Shown here: positions 26,001 through 37,585 of the stretch, in pieces
Layout of the letters: each line of letters opens with the position of its first letter
Position numbering within the stretch: the stretch's first letter is position 1
Origin: Chlorokybus atmophyticus
Lineage: Eukaryota > Plantae > Mesostigma and Chlorokybus algae
Length of the DNA stretch: 64,000 nt
Direction of reading: 5' to 3'
NCBI GenBank assembly: GCA_009103225.1
Contig: RHPI01003488.1
Location: forward strand, 369,788-433,787
Notes under the pieces: model-generated
What the model was told of the DNA's origin: nothing
The model's database searches: none
The model's input: the letters and a program-made list of their open reading frames with translations, nothing else
Translations under genes and position numbers: made by a program

Positions 26001-26520
26001 GTTTAATTACATCAACCGCAACCGCACTAGGTCCACCTTGGGTTGTCCCCAATTACGAATTGGACAAGGCTTATTCATTATAGGCTAGGACCGCCCGAAA
26101 TGAGCCCACACTCATTTATTCGGTCATATGCCTTTGCACCATTCAATAGCTTTTCCGTTACATGAACATTTACCCATAATATATATTTAGATTCAACCAT
26201 CGCTCTATTAGTAGTTTGCGCTTGGCTGACTACCATATTCATGGGTGACAATTGTAGCAGGTTGGTACCTACTTAGGTTAATTCCGTAGAAAGTGTTTCA
26301 GCCACCATGCGTAAGTTCGCTCACGTGTGGTGTCTCATTCTGCACTCGCGGTCGCGGTCGCAAGTCCCTACTATGGCCAAGCGTTCTTACACGCTTAACT
26401 TTAACCACGTAAATGGTAACTTCATGATTATCAACATTAATCAACCCATTGGTTCATCATCTGTAGTATGCATACAGCTTAAAACTAGCTTCGTGACATG
26501 GAGCTTCTTGTAAAAAAGTT
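23040..26520 (+). mobile_element. Degenerate intronless coding island; possible endogenous polinton-like virus relic (ATPase-like and major-capsid-like remnants)
   Basis: AT-richer than host genes, no clear introns, many TAA/TAG/TGA stops. YNVLFCGRS followed across a frameshift by GKS (~24085-24128). SSFDNSANVQFRINSRLRIIPAKTYLRVGFDLP...QLYNRLNAL from 25141 (about 119 stop-free codons). Resemblance judged by eye only. Confidence 0.33.
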
Positions 26521-26749
26521 CTTGCCTTTGTTAACTTTGCTTGGAATGACCAAAGCATAAACCGCTAAAGATATGCAATAACGAACAAAACCATGAATGT
26601 TGCACTCGCGGATGCGCTACAAGGATCATAACAGGTGGTAGGTTAAAGTGCGCATATGTAAAATTGCATCATGATGATATGTGTGCGCTCGTGCGCATTG
26701 ATGCCTCGTGTTACCCCCAAAAGGCTGGTGAAAGTCACTCTCATGTTCC

Positions 26750-27520
26750 TTACTTATGTGGTAAGTAAGAAGAACTAAGTGAGGATCCCGTATAGTCATG
26801 TTGTGTAGTACTTTGCATATGTGCTCATGAAGTTAGTTCTTGTGCACTTAGTGTGCAAGGGCGTTGTAGCTACACATAGGCACTGTCTACTAGCAAGCAC
26901 AGGGCTGGTCGGTGTCATATGTTCGCATGTATATGCATATGGTTGCATATGCATGCATGTGTCCGCATATGAGTTCATATGTGCGGATATGAGTGATGTA
27001 TGCATGTGTATGCATGTGTCCGCCTATGCATGCATATGTATAAGGTCCTAGACTGATGTGACCAGCCTTGGGCGTTCACAATGTCCGAGGCTGATGTGTG
27101 ATCAGTCTTGGGCGTTGACAAGATGTCCTGGGGCTGATGTGGCAGCTCCTAGGCATGAGTACAGGTCAACGCAGCCATGACAAGGCAAGTAGCCTTGGAC
27201 ATGGTTGTTCTAGGTCGGAGAGCAGTAAAGAGGGGGTATATGAATGGCCTCAACCAGTGTTGAGGCAGCTCAGCATGTGCATACTCGACTCTTGTGTGTG
27301 GGGTGCCTAGTTCAGTTGTTCAAGGGCTCTCCCTCTCATCCCAAGTGGGTTGTAGTGTCCGTAGCAGCCTTGCACGTGAGTGGGGTGTGCTAGAGTGTGT
27401 GTGAGCTGAGTGGAGGGTTTGTTGTGCATCCTCTCCATCCCGTTGCGGTGCTGGTCATTCCTTCAACAAGGTGCCGCACCGTGATATGTTGTGAAGAAGT
27501 TCTTGTGCGTGTGCACAAGT
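26750..27520. repeat. Dispersed repeat, copy 2 (same family as 18340-19260)
   Basis: Same conserved blocks in the same orientation, visibly diverged. Confidence 0.8.
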
Positions 27521-27599
27521 ACATGTATGTGACATACACGAGCAGGTGAGTGTGTGTCTCACGTTACACCTCGCGTGCGTGCGCAATTTAGCATGTGCC

Positions 27600-30500
27600 T
27601 GCACCTATGCACTTGCCAGACATGTACACATGTATTGCATGTTATTCGCATGTCATATGCGTGCATGCGTGTCATGTTGTGTCATCGTTGACATTGATGC
27701 ATGTGAATGTGTCATTGTTGACATTAATGCATGTTAATGTGTCATATTGTACACACACACATATCCGACGTTTGCAAAGCAGCACCCAGTGTTACTCACT
27801 CATCTGGTCTTTCAACCAATGCACGCAACACACACGAACACACACACGCACGCGCACATATGCACGCGCTATCATACACACAGACTTGGATGTGAAATAG
27901 ACTTGGGTGTATTTATAGGCTCATGCTGCAAGTCGTAAAGTGAACAACATCATCATCCTCGCATTGACACCCGCATTGCACATGTATAAGGCAAACCCAC
28001 ATGCACACACGCACAGGCGACCACCCTAGGCATGGTGATATATACGCAACCCGATGCTGCTGCTGCCAGAACTTCTCCGGAGAGAATCTGTTTAAAGATT
28101 ATGGCGACACTCTGCCAATGCGTCACGCACTGCCACCGGCCGAGGTGGACGACTGGAGTCATTGATGTGCCACCAGTGCTGTTGATACGTGTTCGTGCTG
28201 GTGTGACACTGCTGCATTTGCGCATGGGAATCGTGTATGCGGTGTGCAGAATTGTGACTGCACACACGCAACCGTACATGCGTACGCACGCCCATGTGCA
28301 CCGGGGTCAGGACTAGCATTGCGNNNNNNNNNNNNNNNNNNNNNNNNNNNNNNNNNNNNNNNNNNNNNNNNNNNNNNNNNNNNNNNNNNNNNNNNNNNNN
28401 NNNNNNNNNNNNNNNNNNNNNNNNGGGGGGGCGGGGATGACGCTGGTGAACGACCGCAAGCTGGCGTGGCTGGCGCTTATCACGTGGACTCTCATTGATA
28501 GAGAGGCGAGTTGCGCACCTGCTGAGCGAATAGCCACCCACGCAGGATGGCTCTCGTCTAGCACGACAGACACGTACACACATGTGCTGATGATGGGGCG
28601 GAGAGCAATACACAGAGGACCCCCCGCCGCCCACTGAGCAGCAGCAGCAGAGCTTTCAAAACGCCGCCTCGGCCGCCTGCTGCGGTATGCCCGCCGCAGC
28701 CATGCTGTTCAGGCAGTGGCAGCAGTGCTGCCAGTGTGACACCCCATCAGTCCCATCAACAGCATCCCAATGTTGATTGCATGAAAGGGCTGCTGCTGCG
28801 TACAGGAGTCTACGTGGACAATGCTCGCCGCCTTTGCGCTGGCCTGGATGGACACATGCATGCGGCTAGGCAGGAAGGCGGCACTCCTCACTGACCAGGT
28901 AAGCCAGGGTAGGTTGCTTTGCGGCCACCTTGGACTCACCGATGCCCTGTGTGCGCGTCCTCGTGTTCATCTAAGTGTGCGTTCAGGTTGGTTGTACTCT
29001 TGGTTCAGCTCACCCGTCTGCATGCGGCCCAACTCGTGCGCGACGGCGACACGTGGTCGGTTGCATCCACTGCCGCCGCCTCCGACGTTCGTAGTGCTGG
29101 ACCCGGCCAGCCTGGGCCAGCCCCTCCACTTCCACTGCAGGACATGCAACGTAAGTATCCTCAGCTCCACGGAGATGGCATGCCATATCACAGGTAAAGT
29201 ACACATCGCATTGCCTGCCTGCTTGCTTGCCAAGCAGTGCTTTTTTAACAACTCTTGAGAGCTGTTCAAGAAAGCACTGCCTCATCATTATCATGATGCT
29301 CTCCTTGTCTCCTCTTGCTCTTGCCTTATTACAGCAGCTAACTAAACTTGTTTGGCCTTGTCTCTTGCTGCTCTTCTCTTCTCTTCTCTTCGTCAGGCCA
29401 GCCTGACGCTAGCATGGCGGACCGGAGTTCCTTGTGCACAGTGGCGCAGCCGTGCGCACGTGGAGCGAGCGGGTGGGGGCGCGCACAGGGTTAGCAGAAG
29501 GAGAGGACATGCAAAAGCAGCAGCAGTTGCAGCAGCAGCAGCAGCAGACGCAGCGAAGATCACGCACATCCAAGTACCTTGGGGTATGTAGGAGCGGTCA
29601 CCGCTGGAGGGTGCAGCTGCGCGTCAGCAAGAGACCCGTTTATCAGGGCACATACAGGTGAGTGGAGGGTTGTAAGAGAAACGTAGACACAAAGGTAGCA
29701 GTGCGTGGAAAGGAATTCACTTGCTTGCGCATGCATGGCAGGGATGAGAAGGAGGCGGCGCTGGCCTACGACAGGGCTGTGACAACGAGGGGCTTGATGG
29801 ACAAGCGCCTCAACAAAGTAAGCTTCCCCGACGACTTCCCGGGAGAGGCCAAAAACAAGGAAGGTGAGCGCTTACAAGCTCGTCAATCAGCCTGCAGGCC
29901 GATGGCATCGCACTTTATATGCATGTATGCACACAAGGCCCGCACGTCACGCAAAACAAGGACACGCGCATGCGTGTGTTCAGTGCCGACTGTGCTCAGC
30001 AACGCATCGAGAGGACAGCACAGCATGCCAAGCGCCTGAAAGCCGCTACAGAGCTTCGTTCGTGCGACACAGAGACGCCAGTGAAGAGTCTGACTACAGT
30101 CCATCGCGGTGCACCAGGTCAGAAGGCAACAACAAGCAGCTTTTCGCAACAAGAGCTTGCGCAGGTCCCTCTACTGCCTCACCTGCCACGCAGCTGTACC
30201 TTCATGTAGACGAGCAAGCCAATGCAGCTGGTGATGCCCATTCAGCATGCAAAACGGGACAGCGCAACACCCTGCACGATCAACAACTTCTCCCCCNNNN
30301 NNNNNNNNNNNNNNNNNNNNNNNNNNNNNNNNNNNNNNNNNNNNNNNNNNNNNNNNNNNCCCCGCCCTCCCCAACTTCTTTCCTTCGCTCAAAGCACAAA
30401 CCCGTCACCCGCGCCTCCACGGCCAACGGAGGAGAGGCCACATGAGACACGGGAGCATGTCTGGGCTTCCGTGAGCGCACTGCTGCGAGAGAGCCAACAG

Positions 30501-31400
30501 CTTGAGGAGGCCATTGGCGGCTTGGAGAGAGACCTGGCAACAAACCGCCAGCAGATTCCCGAGAGGGCTGGGCTGATTGTCGCGCTTAGACCAGATGGAT
30601 CCTTAAAGCCTTATCAGGCAGCGCTCGAGTCTCGTGGACAGCCGCCATGACCTTAAAGAGACGCTTGCGAGTCAGCGCAAGGCTTTGGGAGACACCTCAC
30701 GGGCCTTGCGAGAAGCCACCCTGCACTTTGCTAGACACTTGGCCTGAGTCTGACCTGCTAGTATCTCACAATGCTCAAGTAGTAACATGTCCATGAGCTG
30801 CAGTACCCGTGTCGCGTCAGCTTTCGATGCATGCACTGCTAACATAGTATATCTGCTGGTGCTTTGTGGGCACATCAACCTACTAGTGCAGGCTCGTCCG
30901 TTGTTGTTGTAATGTCATGTAGATGTGACTGACGTGATGTTGCTGACTGTCAGTGCAGGTATGTGTCATGCACAAGGCGACATGGAGACCCACTCAACAT
31001 ACATAGGGTCACCCACCGAGCACAGGATGTGCAGTGCTATCATGTGTGCACCAACACGAGGAGTGCATTCAAACAAGTTGTTGCAGTGGTCCAGTTGCCA
31101 AGTAGGTGTTACATGTGTTCACACTCAAGGCGCGAGGGAGGGGGAGGGGGAGGGCTGAGGGGAAGGGCAGAGGGGCCCTCGGTGACTTGGCAAGGGTTAC
31201 ACCAGCGGAGCACACAGTGAACGAGAAGTGGAAAAGAGAGGGCGGACAAGGACACGCAGAGCGAGGGAGCGGAGGGAGAGGGAGTCATGCTCGTCATTGC
31301 TTGCACCGCTGCTGACATGCTAGACTACCGCAACTCACAGTTGTTAATGGCCCTGTGGGCAGGTAATTGCAATTGCTAATATGCATGCCTAACGGGGTTT
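27600..31400 (+). repeat. Duplicated zf-AP2 unit A (gene plus conserved flanks)
   Basis: Upstream, intronic and downstream sequence is alignable by eye with 32600-36850 and with the reverse complement of 60090-63450. Contains N gaps at 28324-28423 and 30297-30359. Confidence 0.8.
28781..30650 (+). pseudogene. Zinc-finger/AP2/coiled-coil gene, copy A (frameshifted)
   Basis: FHCRTCNVSILSSTEMACHITG; SKYLGVCRSGHRWRVQLRVSKRPVYQGTY|RDEKEAALAYDRAVTTRGLMDKRLNKVSFP. Frameshifts relative to copy B in exon 2 and near 30590. Confidence 0.75.
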
Positions 31401-32059
31401 CAGGGTAGTGAAGATCAGGAACATACTGAGTAGAGTCGAGTTGTGCAGCCCGGTGGTACAATACAAATGACTGTGACTGCCTGCTGCATGCTGACTACGA
31501 TTGTGAATGCATGTTCGCATGCACCATATTGCATGCTTTGTACACTTCCTGTAAGCTGGCGAAAAGCTAGCATACACGGAGTAGCAGCTAAAGGCCGTTG
31601 ATAAGCAACTCTATGATTTCCATCTATGCAGGTCGGTCATATCAGCAACTCATTGGTAACATCATAGGCAGTAACTGAGGGACTTACGTGCCAATTATGA
31701 TCGCTTTACTTACGAGTTGCACTTGGTTCACTGGTTCGTGGCAAGCGGCCAACGAAATATGGCGTTGAGGTTTGCACACCATGTTTTGCTTTATGTTGAT
31801 GACGTGTTGCATTGCCGGAGTTTACAGCGTGTATGTACTTACGCCACCGGCCCCAAGTAGAGGGAAATGTGTGCATGCTGATACTGACATCAGCGTCAGA
31901 ATGTGCACATGCATGTGCACCCCATGTGTTGCTTTTGTCGATACAAGCAATGCAGGAGGTGAGCATCCCCTTCGCAAACATGATGATCTTCCCGCAGCTT
32001 GCATTACATTGCGCGATCACCAATTTGCAGCAATGGCTTGCAATCTTGGTCCCAATGAT

Positions 32060-32560
32060 CAATTGATCGCGTGCGCTCAAGCGCCGAGACTTTTTACTTT
32101 GGACAATTTGAAACCACCGCCGTGCTTAGCGATTGGGCGTTCAGTGCATGCCAAAAGAACGGTTGTGAAAAGAAACCCGCAATGGCATGAGACTTGCAAT
32201 TACAGCGCAAACAAGACAATTATTGTGATTTACAAGAGCAGACTGCGGTGACAAAGATTCATTCACTAGTTTGCCGACGGGTTCTTTTATGGTGATAAAG
32301 ATTACAATTAACAACAAAGTACAAGAAGTTTGTTTTTACATGTATGAACATTGTGAATAAAAAGAACGACTAGCATCTTAATTGTGTTGAAGATTATGGA
32401 GTATGCAAAAGCAGAAACGAAACGGCTCTTAGATTTGTGAGGCAAGGTTAAAGCAAGGACAACAATAATGTAGGACTTTGAGTGCGCGTAAACAGTGCGC
32501 GCTTTAAGCAAGTTGCCTTTGTATGCAAGTATTACATGTTCATTCATGCGCATGCCATGG
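32060..32560 (+). pseudogene. Possible degenerate RPA70 C-terminal (zinc-binding OB-fold)-like fragment
   Basis: Stop-interrupted frame TFYFGQFETTAVLSDWAFSACQKNGCEKK resembles the RPA1 W-x-Y-x-A-C-x(n)-C-x-K-K motif; by-eye only. Confidence 0.28.
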
Positions 32561-32599
32561 CGATGACCGTGTGTGTTGTCACCTGCCACATAGCAGTGA

Positions 32600-35500
32600 C
32601 GCGGCACAAAGATGCATAAATTGCATGCTCACTCACCTGGTTCTTCATCACTAATGTACACGCAATCACACACGCATACATATGCGCAAATACGCACACC
32701 ATAAATAACGACTTATAGGCATGTGTCCATGCATATGCTTGCAGGTCGACTTTTATTATAAGTACAAGTTATTAATAGATTAGCATCGCTGCATAGACAC
32801 GCACATAATGCATATAACACAAGGCGTATGCATACCCCATATGCACGCGGGCACCGTGCGGCTGAGGCAGCCGCTCTAGGCATAGTGATTTAAAAGCGCC
32901 CCGATGCTATTGAAGATGTTTGAGGTGAGGCTATCGATGATTATTGACACTCTGCCAATGCATGCACGGGTGGCCCAGCTTATGGTGAGAATCATTATCT
33001 TATCAACATGCCACTAGTGTTGGTACTAGCTGTTCGCATTAATGTCTGACTGTTGCATTTGCGCATGAGACTTGTATGTACGCTTGTGAAAGCCATTGCG
33101 CACACGCGCACACAAGGGTCGAATTTACCTTCTGGGGTCGCTGATGAAATGACTGCAAGCTGGCGCTTATCACAAAAGGGAACTCCAAGCTATCAAGAGA
33201 CTATTTGCGCGCCTGCTGAGCGAAGAAGGCAGACATGAAACATACACACATGCTTACGCAATGTGCATGCTCGTGCAATCTCTACTACTGTGCCTGAACA
33301 CAGGTTGAACACAGGTTTACAATGTAAGTAATTCGCTTGTTCCGTTGGCTTGTGTTACACCAGAAAGGTGTTTTGGTTTTGTGTGCACTGTCATCAGTAG
33401 GCTACTTTGCCATGTAGTTGGTGCACATCTTGTCTTGGTTGACTTAGTGAGGTAGCTGATGACGGTGCGGAGTGCAGTGCACAGAGCCCCGGCCGGCGAT
33501 GCTTATAGAGCAACAACAACAATCCGAGGCGAAGAGCCAAGTTTCGTGGCTTTGCTTATGGTGGGTTCTGAGCAGGAGGCGGCGGCGGCGCCTCAGCCTG
33601 CTCCGGTATGCCTCACGCTCACGAGGTCGATGCCAGCCGCAGCCATGCTGTCACAGGCAGCACTGCTGCTGCCAGTGTGACAGCCCATCATCCTCCCCAC
33701 AGCACGGAAGTGTCGATGGGATGAAAAGCCTGCTGCTGCGTACAGGAGTAGTACGTGACGTCGCCCGCCGCTTTGCGCTGGCCTGGATGGCCACATGCAT
33801 GCAGCTGGCAGCGGGGAGGTGGCAGTCATCGCTGATCAGGTAAGCCAGGGTTGCATGCTTTGCGGCCATCTTGGACTCACCAATGCCCTGTATGCGTGGG
33901 TTCACTTGTTCACTTGAGTGTGCTTGTTGTCAGGTTGATCTCTCTCATGGTTCAGCTCACCAGCCTGCATGCGGCCCAGCTTGTGCGTGAGGGCGACACG
34001 TGGTCGGTGGCGCCTAGTGCCGCCCCTCCCGCCAGGACGCCTTCTCATGCCGGGACGTTCGTGGTGCTGCACAGGGCAAGCCTGGGGCCCCGACTCCACT
34101 TCCACTGCAAGACATGCAACGTAAACGTCCTCAGCTCCAGGGAGATGGCATGCCATGTTACAGGTAAGGTGAACACACCGCTTTGCCTGCTTGCTTGCTT
34201 CAACAGCACTCCCGCTCTCATCATGGATGCTCTCGCTCTTGCCTTGTGTCCTCTTGCTTTATCGCAGCAGCTAATTGAACTTGTTTTGCCCTATCTCTTG
34301 CTCTTTCTTGTCGTCGCTTCGGCCAGGCCAGTCTGACGCTAGCATGGCCGACCTCGCCAGCCACTTGACCGTGTGCAGCGGCGACACCGTGCGCACGTGG
34401 AGCAAGCTCGTGGGCGCGCGCAGAGGGCCTGCCGACAAGGAGGACAACCATCATCATCAGCGGCAACGGCCAGGCACACGTCCCACATCCAAGTACTTTG
34501 GGGTCAGTAAGAGCGATGACCGCTGGAGGGTGCAGCTGAGCTTCAACAAGGGTCCGGGACTTAGGTATCAGGCCACACACTGGTGGGTTGAGGTTGGCAA
34601 AAACCTAGTCCTTGATGTGGTAAAAGGAGTTCACTTGCTTGCGCATGCATGGCAGGGATGAGAAGGAGGCGGCGCTGGCCGACGACAGGGCTGTGACAAC
34701 GAGGGGCTTGACGTACAAGCGCCTCAACAACATGAGCTTTCCCGAAGACTTTGCAGAAGAGGTCGAGAATCAGGAAGGTGAGAGCTTACACGCTCGTCAA
34801 CCAGCCTGCCAGCCAATGCATGCATGCATGCACGAAAGGCCTGCACGTCATCACAACAGGAGCATGCGCATGCGTGTGTACAGGCAGTGCCGAATGCGCT
34901 CAGCATGGTGTCGGGAGGACACCACAGCATGCCAAGCGCCTGAAAGCGGCTGCAGAGCTCACAGACGAGGCCAGTGAAGACTCTGACTACAGTCAGCCAT
35001 CTAGGTGCACCAGGTCGGAAGGCAATAAGCAGCTGTGCGCAAGTACAAGAGCTTGCGCGACTTCCTCAACTGCCTCGCCTGCTGAGGCCAACACGCCAGG
35101 CAAGGCCCCCTCTCACACTGCCACGCGGCTGTATCTTTCGGTACACAAGCAAGCCAATGCAGCCCGTTCGACAAGACTGGGACAGCGCAACAACGCCACA
35201 CACGATCAACATCTCCCCTCCTCCGCTCAAAGCACAAATCCGTCACCCGCGCCACCACTGCCAACGGAGGAGAGGCCACGTGAGACACGAGAGCATGTTT
35301 GGGCTTCTGTGAACGCACTGCTGCGAGAGAGCCATCAGCGAGAGGAGGCCGCTCGCGGCTTGGAGAGGGACCTGGCAACAACCCGCCAACGGGTGCCCGA
35401 GGTTGATGGGCGAATTGTCGCGCTCAAAGAACATATGGATGACCTTATCAGGCAGCGCGCGCGTCTCGTGGACAGCTGCCATGGTCTGGAAGAGACGCTT

Positions 35501-36850
35501 GCGAGCCAGCGCAAGGCTGTGGCAGACACCTCACGGGCATTGCGAGAAGCCACGGTGCGCTTCGCTGGACACTTGACCTGAGCCTGACGATTCAAAACGC
35601 CAAAACAGCAACATTCCCAACAGCTACATGACCCGTTAACTGTCTTCAGCTTTTCAGTGTACACGGAGTGTGAAGGGAGATCGTATGCACTGTTGCGGTG
35701 ATTTGTCTGCTTGTGCTCAGTAACCACATCAACCTGCAGTTGCATCCAGGTTCGCCTTGTTCGTTTCACTACCAATGTGAAGATGTGAGTGACATTGCTG
35801 GCCATCACTGCAGATCTGTCAGGCATAAGGCGACATGGACCGACTCACATAGGGTTGAAACCATCATGTGTGCATGGAGAGTGCAAGCGTTGCAGAGAGT
35901 TCCATGAGTCAAGGTCTTAATAGTACTTAGACTGACTTTGCAGCTCAGTTGATATTAAGTGAACATTCAATGGCAGATAGCACTTATGCCGGCATGTATC
36001 AGTCACCTTCAAGAACAAAGCATACATAGATGTGCTTGACAGCATGCATGCTACTGACCTAGCATACTGTCTCTTACAGAGTGGCACTTTAGTCAAGGGC
36101 CCTCAACATAATCAATGACTTTCGATGATCTGCAGATGCATCAAGGTGCACTTTGTTGCCGATTGTGCTCTACCTCGCACAACACATATCCAAGCGCAAT
36201 CGGCCAGAGTTTCACTTTATACCGCGCCACCGAGCACCGCTGCCAACTTCCAACGTCCCGCGCAGTGCGAAGCTTGGCGTGGTAGAGTCACAGTTTATTC
36301 GTTTCACCCGCCTCCTTTGCACTTGTCGCATGCATTTCATACGCAATGACCGAGGAGCTGCTGGCCATGCAAGCGGATGGGCATCCTCTCAAGCCTACTA
36401 ACGACATTGCAAGCGCACATGGTGAAAGACGAAAGGCTGCATCTACTGCACGCCCTCAGCGCTACTATACAAGATGCTGTTTCAGACGCTGCAGCGCCAC
36501 CTGTTGGCAACAATGGCACGGGGAGCAGGTCAGGTCGACTAGTGAAGCAACGTGCCCGTGCAAGGGACATTGTGGCACACATACCACACCACCTACAGCT
36601 GCAACAACATAACTGCAGCACGCATTTACACTGCACAGCGAAGTGCACTGACGTACAGTGCAGTGCGGGGCAGGGTTTGGAATAGCGACCGAAGCGGAGG
36701 GAGAGAGGGGAAGGGACAGTGAGAGCGGGTGGCGGAGACATGGAGAGGAACATGTTGGTCATGCTGTGATTACCGTCATTGCAAACGGACAGCTAACCTA
36801 CAACCCTGTGGGCAGGTAATTGGATGCTAACACGTGTGCATGCATGTCTA
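32600..36850 (+). repeat. Duplicated zf-AP2 unit B (gene plus conserved flanks)
   Basis: Shares upstream, intronic and downstream blocks with units A and C; CCCTGTGGGCAGGTAATTG occurs downstream of both A (~31352) and B (~36805). Confidence 0.8.
33721..35581 (+). CDS. Zinc-finger/AP2-domain/coiled-coil putative transcription factor, copy B (apparently intact)
   Basis: Five exons with compatible phases (2,1,2,1): ...FHCKTCNVNVLSSREMACHVTG|QSDASMADLASHL...SKYFGVSKSDDRWRVQLSFNKG...|DEKEAALADDRAVTTRGL...SFP|...coiled coil LLRESHQREEAARGLERDL...FAGHLT*. Start codon uncertain. Confidence 0.75.
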
Positions 36851-37585
36851 ACTGGGTAGGCGAGCTAGTCGTGTGGTAATGAAGAGTGTAGTGAGTGTAA
36901 ACGCAGTGGTCATACACTGGCAGTGTGTTGATATGCTGAGAGTGTACAGTCGATGCAGAGGACAAGTGTGCTTGGCGAGTGATGTTGCATGCGACCTGCA
37001 CAGCTATGCAATTAATAGTATAGGCAGAACGACAGCATAAACATTTGGTACACTTGCATGTGCTCGACTGCTATGCATCTGTGTATCCATCACCTAGGAG
37101 AGCACTCGCTTGCCCGCCCATCTTCCCCCCTGCTGCATGCTGTCTATATGTTGAGTATACAAGGGTCCTAAGTGCTATAGCACAAGTGCAATTCCATTTC
37201 ACATTGATTGCACACATGCAAGGCAGTACCTCATGTACATGTGTGCCTGGCGTGGCTCCAGCGAACTAATGAAGTACTCTCCATCACAGGAAAACTACAG
37301 TGCAGCAGACAGGTATACATTTAACTGCCACACATCATGTTAACATACATCCAAAAGGGTTCAGATGTATAATGTCTCAAGCGTAGAATAAACTGACCTG
37401 TGCTTCGCTGAGCAAACACACAGGTGGCTCGGAGTCAATGCATCACCGCCAATTGTCTCAACCCAGTGTGCCAGACTCACCAGTCTTACCAACAGCAAAG
37501 CTACCACTACAGCCACACACACTACAAAACTTCGATATTCACAAGGTCGCTAGGCTAGGGGACACATGTAAGGGAGAAGTCAGCC

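Noticed and set aside
31905-31925. GTGCACATGCATGTGCAC-type short palindromes
   Set aside because: Expected by chance from the TGCA/CATG-rich composition of this genome's non-coding DNA.
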